A DNA stretch of 64,000 bases. Source: Alphaproteobacteria bacterium. GTDB lineage: Bacteria; Pseudomonadota; Alphaproteobacteria; UBA7887. Under the pieces are notes generated by a model that was not told where the DNA came from, made no database searches, and saw only the letters and a list, made by a program, of their open reading frames with translations. This document shows positions 8,821 through 17,695 of the stretch, one piece after another. The stretch lies in assembly GCA_965216755.1 (NCBI GenBank), contig CBDCGL010000011.1:1952001-2016000 (forward strand). Reading direction: 5' to 3'. The translations under genes were made by a program, and so were the position numbers. Position 1 is the first letter of the stretch, and each line of letters starts with the position of its first letter.

Positions 8821-10662
8821 TTAGAGCGAAAACACGTAGAGAACGTTGCTCGGCACAGCAGATTTCATCTCAGGCGTTGAGTCGATGAACCACTGCGGCC
8901 AGATACCGCCGAGACCAACTTGGATGGCAATATATTGCTTGCCATCGGCCTCATAAGAGATTGGAGGTGCATTGATCCCCGAGCCGGTCTCGAAGCGCCA
9001 CAACTCTTCAAGGCTGGTATCGTCAAGCGCGACCAACGAACCATCGGCGGTACCAGTGAAGACCAAGCCGCCAGCCGTCGACATAATGCCGCCCAGCATC
9101 GGGTATTGTGTCTCCCACTTGCGCACGACGGCGCCCGTGGAGACATCAATCGCCGTCACGCTGCCGGTGGGACGGCTATATGCCGGATCTCCAAAAGTAA
9201 AGTACGGTGCGCCGCCCAGGAACCACTGACGCGTGGAAGGATCGAAGTCCTGCGGAGCAACCGTTGAAAACGCCCTATTGCAACTCTCGATCACCGGGAT
9301 GTAGTAGAGGCCGGTGTGCGGGCTGTAAGAGGTCGGAGGCCAGTTCTTACCACCGGTGTGAGCGGGGCAGGAAATGCCTTCGACCTCACTCCGCGTGCCC
9401 GGTTCCGTTTCATCGCCACGATGGGCTGCGGTGCCTTCTTTGTAGCGCTGGACATCTACATTGGGATCGTACGAAACGGGTCGGCCGTTCGTATCAAGCC
9501 CGTCCGTCCAGTTCAGCTTCTTGACAAACTGCGTGCCCCAAACGAACTCGCCGTTGGAACGGTCAAGCGCGTAAGCAAAACCGTTGCGGTTGGCATGCAG
9601 TGTTGCACGCGTGAACTGACCGTTGATCACGGCATCAACGAAGGTGTTTTCCGCGATCGAGTCATAGTCGTACGGATCGTTCGGCGTGTGCTGGAAGCCC
9701 CACAGGAATTCACCCGTGTCGGCGTTCACGGCGATGGTGCTGTCGGTCCACAGGTTGTCGCCGGGACGATAGGCGTTATCCCAGTCAGGACCAGGATTGG
9801 AGGTCCCCCAAACGATGATGTTCAGCTCCGGATCGAAGGAGCCAGTGACCCAAGTGGTACCACCACCGGTCTTCCATGCGCCGTAATCATCTTTCCACGT
9901 TTCGTGACCCGGTTCGCCCGGACCAGGAATCGTGTGCGTGCGCCAGATTTCCTCGCCCGTGTTGATATCGAGCGCAGCGATCCAACCGCGGACACCGAAT
10001 TCAGCGCCACCCATGCCGGTAACGACCATGTCTTTGACGATCAATGGAGCGCCAGTGATTGTCTCGGCAATGCCCGGATCCGCGACTTCGGATTCCCAAA
10101 TCAAGCTGCCGTCGGTCTTGTTCAATGCGCGAATACGGCCGTCAATAACCGGCGCGAGAACCATGTTGCCATGCAGCGCGACACCGCGATTGTTAATACC
10201 GCAGCACAGAACGCTCGGCGCCCAATCTTTATCGGCTTCCGGGTCAGACTTCCAAACCGTGACCGGTTTTCCGCCGCGTACGTCAAGCTTGGTGACAACG
10301 CCCCAACCGGTCGTCAGGTACAGATAACCGTTTTCCGCAATCGGCGTGCCTTCTAGGCCAGAAAATGCGTACACAACCGGATCGGCACCGCCGCCTTGAG
10401 CGCTACCCATTGCGTAAGTAAACGCAACTTTGAGGTCGCCGACATTGTCTGAGTTGATCTGACTGAGACCAGAGAAGCGATGAGCCTCGTAATTGCCGTG
10501 ATGATTGATCCAGTTTTCTGGCTCAATTTCACTATTGGCCAAACGCTCGTGGGTAACATTACCCGCCAACGCCGAGCCCGCAAACATGGCCGCCCCTGCA
10601 ACGGCCGCGGTCGCACCCGCGACACATGTTCGTAACTCGCGCATTCTCTCAGATTTCATCAT
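8821..10662 (-). CDS. Periplasmic PQQ-dependent alcohol dehydrogenase (methanol/ethanol family), lanthanide-type motif
   Basis: Signal peptide; LEGTPI, vicinal CC (VLCCGINNRG), GGAEFGVRG, GTSNPGP, RPGDNLWT, HTPNDPYDYDS, ANRNGFAY, GGKNWPP; RBS AGGAGG upstream of ATG 10662/10659. Confidence 0.93.
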   Translation of the reverse strand: MMKSERMRELRTCVAGATAAVAGAAMFAGSALAGNVTHERLANSEIEPENWINHHGNYEAHRFSGLSQINSDNVGDLKVAFTYAMGSAQGGGADPVVYAFSGLEGTPIAENGYLYLTTGWGVVTKLDVRGGKPVTVWKSDPEADKDWAPSVLCCGINNRGVALHGNMVLAPVIDGRIRALNKTDGSLIWESEVADPGIAETITGAPLIVKDMVVTGMGGAEFGVRGWIAALDINTGEEIWRTHTIPGPGEPGHETWKDDYGAWKTGGGTTWVTGSFDPELNIIVWGTSNPGPDWDNAYRPGDNLWTDSTIAVNADTGEFLWGFQHTPNDPYDYDSIAENTFVDAVINGQFTRATLHANRNGFAYALDRSNGEFVWGTQFVKKLNWTDGLDTNGRPVSYDPNVDVQRYKEGTAAHRGDETEPGTRSEVEGISCPAHTGGKNWPPTSYSPHTGLYYIPVIESCNRAFSTVAPQDFDPSTRQWFLGGAPYFTFGDPAYSRPTGSVTAIDVSTGAVVRKWETQYPMLGGIMSTAGGLVFTGTADGSLVALDDTSLEELWRFETGSGINAPPISYEADGKQYIAIQVGLGGIWPQWFIDSTPEMKSAVPSNVLYVFSL

Positions 10663-10812
10663 TAAGCCCTCCTGTATTTGTTGGCTGCGCTTCGGAGACA
10701 AGCACGACTAGAAGCCGTTGGCCGAGCGCATGATCGCGCACGTCCGTTTCACCTCCGCCAACCCGATTTAACCGCCACATCCACACAGCCCGGGATGTTC
10801 CGAGCCGCAATC

Positions 10813-11133
10813 TCAACTCGCCAGAAAGGTGACGTTTTGGCCTTCCATCACCTCTATGCCTGTATCTTTCCGTGGCAAATCTTGCCCAACGGTTTCAATA
10901 CTTGTATAGCTATGCATGTCGAGGCTGTTCGCGGCGCGAACCATACGCTCCATTCCTTGCGTGAGCTCATTGGGGCTCATGAAGGCATGCAATTGCGCCA
11001 CCTCGGAGGACTGGAGGCGAGAAATCACAACGGGCCGCCATAGCCCGAGTGTCACAATGCCCATGAGTTCTTGTCGCTGGGACGTGGCATCGTTGGGACA
11101 AACGAAGTCAACGCGGTTCGCAACACCAGGCAT
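10813..11133 (-). pseudogene. Short ORF, possibly an internally deleted remnant of a maleate cis-trans isomerase / Asp-Glu racemase family gene
   Basis: Strong RBS (AGGGAGGAATC-ATG). N-terminus MPGVANRVDFVCPND…ELMGIV…VVISRL and C-terminus IETVGQDL…DTGIEVMEGQNVTF resemble the two ends of that family; only 106 aa. Confidence 0.3.
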
Positions 11134-11222
11134 GATTCCTCCCTAACCTTTACCCTCAAACAGCCGCGCCAAGCACGACTTGGTGGTAGGTGACATGCCC
11201 GAGGCAAAGCTTGGTGAAATGC

Positions 11223-11297
11223 GCGAAAGTAAATTGCAAGAAAATGGTCAGGACCAACCACGCTGGTTCTGACCATTTTCTTGCAATTTACTTTCGC
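11223..11297. repeat. Perfect 29-bp inverted repeat with 17-bp spacer
   Basis: GCGAAAGTAAATTGCAAGAAAATGGTCAG (11223-11251) is the exact reverse complement of 11269-11297. Confidence 0.95.
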
Positions 11298-11644
11298 ATG
11301 TATCTAAAAAAGGGGCTCATTCAGGTGTTCAGTATCGAACCGCGAGCTGACACGACATACCGAAATTAGATAGGTCAGTGAAACAAGCGAACGCGGGTAT
11401 AAGACCAATTAAGAAAGTTTTTTAATAGAGCATAGTAATAGCAATGGTGGATCCCACTGTTAATGCCCCACACAATTTGGTGTAAGATATTTTAGAAACA
11501 GAGGTCTAGTATTTCACAGACAACAACTACATCGATAAGGGGTTTGTAAAAAAATTGGGCACCGCCGCATTTGCAGTATGCAATGCATCGCGTCGTCATG
11601 CGGACGCAAAATACCAAGATACATATGTGGGTATGCGGCGGCGT

Positions 11645-13744
11645 TTAGGGCACAAGATAGGTGCACGAAAGATCGGCCGCCGCATGATCAACCACTCGGT
11701 CATAGAACGACGACGCCTTCGAAACAAGGGGTGCCTTGTCTTCGTCGAGCAGTAACCGGCGCGTCACCAGGCCATCCGCCGCAGCCATAACCGCAGTCAT
11801 GTAGTCCTCTTTTGAAGCATACCGCGCCGCAATAGAGACCCTCGAGTCGCCGACCGCGGCGCGGTCGTCCTCAGTTTCGGGGAACGGGAAAAACGAGCCA
11901 GTCCACCGACCGAGCTGCCCATCGAGGCCATAGGGTGGCCGGCGCAGATTCCAGCCGACATGTGTGCCCAGCGGCACCGCAATCCGAGGCAGGCGAATCC
12001 CGCCCCGGTCGAGCCCGTCCTCGTTTGGCATGGGAACCAAGGTCCGATAGGCGCGACCCATCGCCGGCGGCACGTTGTCGATGATCCCGTCAGACGTCCA
12101 GCGCGGTCCCATATCCAAACGCGGCGGCGCCAGATTGGTAGTCGGCAATTGTACGCCGGGGATCCGAGGGAACGCCGTGTGCCACGCGGCGACCGACCCG
12201 AGGGTGCCATCGGCAATGGTTGGCCGTACCGACGGCGGCGGCATCACGCCGTTCGCCATCCATTCGTCCAGTCGCACCAACAACGCGCGCAGGATGGGTC
12301 GATGATCAAGCGGATTGGCACAGTTTTGGTTGATGCCGCGTTCGGGAAAAACCCACACGCCATGCTGCGCACCAGCGACAAAATAGATACGAACGCGCTC
12401 ATCAACCTCGGCATCGCGCGTGCCACCGACGTCGGTATGTTTCAGAGACGCCGAACGCGTCCAATACTCGGTCGACGTATCTGTGTAGAAGATCTTCGGC
12501 ACCGCGTTGCGCGTCTTGGCGACGGCCAGCACATCCCCGCTGGCGCCGGTGATCGGATCTTCCTGTAGCACCGTTGTGAATGGAAAAAAATCGGCGGGAT
12601 ATTGGTGATCTTCATGTTGGCTCCCGTGTCGCGTGGTCTGCGCGAAACGGTGATTGAAACTGCCCTTGCCACTACCGGCAACATTGATCAGCGCGGCATC
12701 GAACACGGGACGCCCCGCCTCGTCAATGTGGAAGCCTTGCCAGAGCATGTGGTTAATCACCCGGCCAGATTGGGAAATGCCGAAAATCATCGCGTGTGAA
12801 ATATGGCCGGCAACCGGATTGGCGCGTCCCGACCGATCCTGATCAGAAAATCTGAAGAAGGCCACGGCATCGCGGATCGCCGCCAAACCTAGGCCGACGA
12901 CGCGCGGCTCCTCTGCCCGATAGACCAGTTCGTACAACACGCCGGCCTTGAAGCCGTCGGGATAGTAGACATGAGTCGCATCGCTGATCGGTCCGTCATC
13001 GGTCAGTCTTGCAAAGCGCCAATCGGCGCGCGGAATAAGTTCGCGCGAACCGCTTTGGCTCCAGCGCTGCGTCAAAACCGCGTCGGGGTCGTTCGTGTCC
13101 AGCGCCGGATAGCCGCGCGAGTTGCCCCAGGCAACGGGCTGCGTCTGAGACGGCACGTTGACCGTGATTTCGGCCGACACCAAACCCGTCATCGGCACCA
13201 CGCTGCCGTCGGGTGCCTTGTCGACGGCGATCGGTAGATCGATCTGCATGCGATCGCGGCCCGGCACCACATCCCAGTTCCACCCACTCCACAACAAGGT
13301 GTAGCCGCGCGCGAGCAAAAATCCATTGCCGGCATCAGCCCGGTCGGACGGGTCGTTTGTGTGCGGGCCTTCGTTAAAAAACGCCAACATGCCGACCGAA
13401 CCGCGGTTGCCGACCTCATACAAAAGGCGGCCGTTAGCCCGCGCCATATCTGACGGCCGCAGCATCAGGAATGGCGCACGAAACCGCACAAGGCCGTCGG
13501 TATCCGTGGGCGCATGTTGCAGATCGACAATGGCCTGATTAGCCGTATTGGCCGGATCGATCGCGATCGTCAGTTGACCGCGGATCTTCTCATAGCCGCC
13601 CGCTGGCCCAAATTCGGTGCCGCGCGCAAACGGCACCCGCTCCTCAATCTCCAGGCGTTCGACCGCGCCGGCGGCAGTACGATGTTCGACGTTGGTGAAA
13701 CCGATCGCAAGACAAAGTCCCACGATCACGTGATACGATCTCAT
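11645..13744 (-). CDS. Secreted alpha/beta-hydrolase-domain protein (Abhydrolase_10-like)
   Basis: Signal peptide; NGRLLYEVGNRG, GYTLLWSGW, GLGLAAIRD, FGISQSGR nucleophile elbow, EYW, AGAQH, GGIRLPRIAVPLGT. Confidence 0.8.
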   Translation of the reverse strand: MRSYHVIVGLCLAIGFTNVEHRTAAGAVERLEIEERVPFARGTEFGPAGGYEKIRGQLTIAIDPANTANQAIVDLQHAPTDTDGLVRFRAPFLMLRPSDMARANGRLLYEVGNRGSVGMLAFFNEGPHTNDPSDRADAGNGFLLARGYTLLWSGWNWDVVPGRDRMQIDLPIAVDKAPDGSVVPMTGLVSAEITVNVPSQTQPVAWGNSRGYPALDTNDPDAVLTQRWSQSGSRELIPRADWRFARLTDDGPISDATHVYYPDGFKAGVLYELVYRAEEPRVVGLGLAAIRDAVAFFRFSDQDRSGRANPVAGHISHAMIFGISQSGRVINHMLWQGFHIDEAGRPVFDAALINVAGSGKGSFNHRFAQTTRHGSQHEDHQYPADFFPFTTVLQEDPITGASGDVLAVAKTRNAVPKIFYTDTSTEYWTRSASLKHTDVGGTRDAEVDERVRIYFVAGAQHGVWVFPERGINQNCANPLDHRPILRALLVRLDEWMANGVMPPPSVRPTIADGTLGSVAAWHTAFPRIPGVQLPTTNLAPPRLDMGPRWTSDGIIDNVPPAMGRAYRTLVPMPNEDGLDRGGIRLPRIAVPLGTHVGWNLRRPPYGLDGQLGRWTGSFFPFPETEDDRAAVGDSRVSIAARYASKEDYMTAVMAAADGLVTRRLLLDEDKAPLVSKASSFYDRVVDHAAADLSCTYLVP

Positions 13745-13818
13745 CGTCAGTCTACCTTGCCCCACATTGCGCGGGCCGTGATTATAGCGCCGAAACAGTC
13801 AATAGCGGGAAACACACG

Positions 13819-14817
13819 ATGCGCATTCTGCAGTTTGAGGGGGACGATCGGACCCATCGCGTCGGCATCGTCGAAGACGATGGCGATCGTGTGCGCGTTT
13901 ATCACAAGCCAGCCCGGGTCTATGACCTTGCCCTCGAAGCCGTGCGCGCACGTCAGACCCTGGAGGCCGTCGTATTGGCGGGACTCGATGGCGAAACCCG
14001 TTTGTTTCATGAGCTCCGCGACGGCAAGCGGATCTTACCGCCGTTAGATCATCCGGATCCCAGCCATTGCCTGGTCACCGGCACCGGTTTGTCGCATTTG
14101 GGCAGTGCCCAGTCGCGTGACGAAATGCACGCGAAATTGGCCGCGGGCGACGAGCAACTCACTGATTCGATGAAAATGTTCAAACTCGGATTGGAAGGCG
14201 GAAAGCCGGCCTTTGGGTCCATCGGTGCGCAACCGGAATGGTTTTGGAAAGGCGACGGCTCGATCGTGGCCGGCTGCGGCCGGCCCTTGGTAAGCCCGCG
14301 ATTTGCCGAGGATGCCGGTGAAGAAGCCGAGATCGCGGGGCTATACGTGATCGGCGACGACCGCCAGCCATATCGACTCGGCTTTGCATTGGCCAATGAG
14401 TTCGCGGACCATGTTATGGAGCAACGCAACTATCTCTATCTAGCCCATTCAAAGCTCCGCGCCTGCGCCGTCGGACCGGAATTGCGCACTGGCCCCCTGC
14501 CTGAGCATGTCAGTGGCACGGTACGAATTCGTCGAAGCAATGAAGTGATTTTCGAATCCGAGTTTCTTAGCGGCGAGCGCAACATGTCGCACACGATTGC
14601 GAATCTGGAGCACCATCATTTTAAGTACGAGCTCTTTCGCCGCCCTGGCGACGTTCACATTCATTTTTTTGGCACTGGGGTGTTGAGTTTTACAGCAGGT
14701 ATTCGCGCACAATCGGGCGATGTGTTTGAGCTCGAGTCTGAACAATTTGGAAACGCGCTGTCCAATCCGCTAGCGGTTGGTCCGGACGACGGTTTGGTCT
14801 CGGTGAAGAGCCTCTAA
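13819..14817 (+). CDS. araD1: AraD1/GguC-family fumarylacetoacetate-hydrolase-fold protein (sugar-acid catabolism)
   Basis: TGTGLSHLGSA, TDSMKMFKLGLEGGKP, QPEWFWKG, EDAGEEAEIAG, NYLYLAHSKLR, NLEHHHFKY. Confidence 0.85.
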   Translation: MRILQFEGDDRTHRVGIVEDDGDRVRVYHKPARVYDLALEAVRARQTLEAVVLAGLDGETRLFHELRDGKRILPPLDHPDPSHCLVTGTGLSHLGSAQSRDEMHAKLAAGDEQLTDSMKMFKLGLEGGKPAFGSIGAQPEWFWKGDGSIVAGCGRPLVSPRFAEDAGEEAEIAGLYVIGDDRQPYRLGFALANEFADHVMEQRNYLYLAHSKLRACAVGPELRTGPLPEHVSGTVRIRRSNEVIFESEFLSGERNMSHTIANLEHHHFKYELFRRPGDVHIHFFGTGVLSFTAGIRAQSGDVFELESEQFGNALSNPLAVGPDDGLVSVKSL

Positions 14818-14983
14818 ACGCTGGCCGTTTGATCCGGGTCACAGACGAGTTCTTGTCCACCGGGACAAAACCCGCAGCGGCGAGGTCCTAAGCCGTGGCG
14901 GTGCGCCTAATATTTGTCACCGCGCACTGGCCCCAATGGCACCGACGGTGCTATAGCATGCGCATGCTTCCGTCGGCTGCCCT

Positions 14984-16135
14984 ATGGCCCTTCTAACCGA
15001 AACCGCTGATCTCGACGCGCTGGTTGCGCAGCGCGCGACCGATCCATTCGTGTGTATCGACACCGAATTCATGCGTGAAAGCACGTTTTGGCCGCGCCTG
15101 TGTTTGATCCAGCTAGCGGGACCAGGCGGCGACGCGGTTGCGATCGATCCGTTGGCGCCGGGCCTTTCCCTCGAACCACTCATCAAGTTGCTCGACAACC
15201 CGGCGGTGGTGAAAGTGTTTCACGCGGCCCGCCAGGATATCGAGATTTTTTTCCAAATGACGGGGCGAGTCCCGACGCCCATCTTTGACACGCAAGTCGC
15301 GGCAATGGTGTGCGGATTCGGCGAGGCGGCCAGCTATGAAACGCTCGCCCGCCGCTTGGCGCGTGCGCGCATCGACAAATCGTCGCGGTTCACCGACTGG
15401 TCGAAGCGGCCCTTGACCGACCGCCAGATCGCCTACGCGCTGGCCGACGTGGAACATCTTGGGCCGATCTACACAAAATTGGCGCGTCGGCTGGAATCGT
15501 CTGGTCGCAGCGAATGGGTTCAAGAGGAAATGGCTGTTCTGAGTGCCCCGAGCAGTTACACGACCGCGCCCGAGAACGCCTGGCAGCGCATCAAGACGCG
15601 AAATTCCAACACAAGATTCTTAGCGATTCTGCGCGAAGTCGCAGCGGTTCGGGAACGCATGGCGCAAGAACGAGATCAGCCGCGCAACCGAATTCTGCGT
15701 GAAGAGGCCTTGATTGAGATCGCATCGCACATGCCTGACAACGTCGAGGCGTTGGCACGCACACGCGGACTGCCACGCAGTATTGCCCATGGCAAACTTG
15801 GCGCGGCGTTGCTTGGGGCGGTTGCGATCGGGCAGGCCGTGCCGGAAGAGGACTGCCCACGGGCGGTCCGACTCAACAATGGCAACCGCGCTGCCGGCCC
15901 CATCGTCGATCTGCTCAAAGTGCTTCTGAAATTGAGATGCCAGCAACATGACGTGGCTCAGAAATTGGTTTCGAATGCCAATGATTTAGAACGTCTCGCG
16001 GCGGGAGAAAGGTCGGAAATCAATGCGCTGCAGGGCTGGCGTCGTGAAATCTTTGGGGCCGACGCGATCGCTTTGATCGAAGGCCGGCTGGCACTTACCG
16101 GCAAGAATGGCAATATCGCGGAGATCGGTATTTAG
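14984..16135 (+). CDS. rnd: Ribonuclease D
   Basis: DTEFMRESTFWPRLCLIQ, HAARQD, DTQVAA, DWSKRPL…YALADV; HRDC domain. Confidence 0.95.
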   Translation: MALLTETADLDALVAQRATDPFVCIDTEFMRESTFWPRLCLIQLAGPGGDAVAIDPLAPGLSLEPLIKLLDNPAVVKVFHAARQDIEIFFQMTGRVPTPIFDTQVAAMVCGFGEAASYETLARRLARARIDKSSRFTDWSKRPLTDRQIAYALADVEHLGPIYTKLARRLESSGRSEWVQEEMAVLSAPSSYTTAPENAWQRIKTRNSNTRFLAILREVAAVRERMAQERDQPRNRILREEALIEIASHMPDNVEALARTRGLPRSIAHGKLGAALLGAVAIGQAVPEEDCPRAVRLNNGNRAAGPIVDLLKVLLKLRCQQHDVAQKLVSNANDLERLAAGERSEINALQGWRREIFGADAIALIEGRLALTGKNGNIAEIGI

Positions 16136-16156
16136 CCTGGGCTGAACCAGCCGTCG

Positions 16157-17695
16157 CTATGCAACTTCCGCGGGCGGTCGTACCCGAAACGCGGCCTTGT
16201 GCTTCAAATGGCGCGCGAGCCGCTCAAAGCGCCGTACGGTTACCTCGCCGATTAGAGACGCGGCAATGCTGTCGTGTGTCAGCACGATCGCATCATCATC
16301 GAGTTCAAGCGCGAAACCGTTGAGGAGATGACTGGCGGTACCGCACAGAGTCAAAGCCATACGCGCGGCCAGTCCGATCGTTTGCGCCTGAAAAGCCAAT
16401 TCATCGTCCAGAATGCGCGCGACCTGTTGCACCGAGTCGGGCCAGTCCCCACCGGTGTAGCGGCAATATGTCGCCAAGGCGACAAACACGCGTTCCTCAT
16501 GACACGCGGCCAAGGATGGATCCAGCAAGACCAGCTCGAACGCCTGTATCGCACGATAGTCGGGATGAAAGCGCCAACCGACGTCACACAATGCGCACGC
16601 TGCCAAACGCATCCGTCTGCATGCGGCCGACTCATCGGCGAACAACGGTGTTGTCCACCGTGCAATGGCATCGCCGGTGCCCGCGGCGCGCGGCGCGCGC
16701 GCGGCGAGGTCCACAGCACTATCGACCAGAACGTCATAGGCTGCGTCCCGACCAGCTAACCGGCTATAGACCAATCCCTCGCGCAAGCCGAACGCCGAGA
16801 ATGTAACCAGCGGAGGCCGCAACCGGCGGAGTAACCGGCCTAACACCTGCGCGGCCAAGGGCAAGACATCGATGCGACGCCGCGACACGCCCTCCAATCG
16901 CGCCAATGAGCGCCCGCTTTGCTGTGCCACCAAATCGGCGACCCGGCGCGCCGCATCGCGAGGCAACGCGTATTGATGAACAATGCGCACAGGATGTTGC
17001 GATTGAGCCATATGAATCCGGGCCAATGCGCGCCACGAGCCCCCGACCAAGTGCAGCGGCGCTGTCTTCACGTCGGCAAGCCAGTCCACCTCCGCAAGGG
17101 CATTATCGATCGCGCGAACGATTTGGGACTTTTTGCCGCCAGTGAGGTTGGCCAACCGCAACGGACCGATCGGCGCCGAACTCCGCGCACCGACCCGACC
17201 ATCTGAGATCGACACCAATTCCAAACTGCCGCCGCCAAGATCAGCGACGACACCATCGCCCTCTGCTCCACCCGCGACCGCCCCCAGCGCCGACAATCTT
17301 GCTTCTTCGTCACCCGAAAGCACACGCACGGACAAGCCGCTTTCGGCAGCGACCGCATCGACAAATGCAGCACCGTCGGTCGCGTCACGCACGGCGGCCG
17401 TCGCCACCACGTCGACGTCGTCGATTCCGAGATTCTCCAGCAGTTCGGCAAATCGGGACAAGTTCATTAGTGCCAGCTTTACGCCGTCTGGATCGAGTTG
17501 CCCTGTTTCCTGGAGCCTTTGTCCCAGGCCGCACATGATCTTTTCATTGAACAGCACGGCCGGTACGCGCCTGGCGCTCTCATAAACCACCAGGCGGACA
17601 GAGTTGGAACCGATATCGATAACAGCGAGGCGCGCGGCCCGTTGGCGCCGCGACCGGCGCCGGCCGGCGCTATGTGCGGCGGCGACCTGCGTCAC
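16157..17695 (-). CDS. ppx: Exopolyphosphatase Ppx/GppA
   Basis: [34 protein letters not shown] start at 17695 overlaps the ppk1 stop (GTGA). Confidence 0.93.
   Translation of the reverse strand: MTQVAAAHSAGRRRSRRQRAARLAVIDIGSNSVRLVVYESARRVPAVLFNEKIMCGLGQRLQETGQLDPDGVKLALMNLSRFAELLENLGIDDVDVVATAAVRDATDGAAFVDAVAAESGLSVRVLSGDEEARLSALGAVAGGAEGDGVVADLGGGSLELVSISDGRVGARSSAPIGPLRLANLTGGKKSQIVRAIDNALAEVDWLADVKTAPLHLVGGSWRALARIHMAQSQHPVRIVHQYALPRDAARRVADLVAQQSGRSLARLEGVSRRRIDVLPLAAQVLGRLLRRLRPPLVTFSAFGLREGLVYSRLAGRDAAYDVLVDSAVDLAARAPRAAGTGDAIARWTTPLFADESAACRRMRLAACALCDVGWRFHPDYRAIQAFELVLLDPSLAACHEERVFVALATYCRYTGGDWPDSVQQVARILDDELAFQAQTIGLAARMALTLCGTASHLLNGFALELDDDAIVLTHDSIAASLIGEVTVRRFERLARHLKHKAAFRVRPPAEVA

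Noticed and set aside
9316-10356. 346-aa ORF antisense to the PQQ dehydrogenase
   Set aside because: Shadow frame of a GC-rich gene; no motifs, and fully inside a confident CDS.
11223-11297. Palindrome as an intrinsic terminator or protelomerase/IS end
   Set aside because: AT-rich, too long and lacking a proper U-tract for a terminator; no protelomerase, transposase or flanking target duplication in the window.
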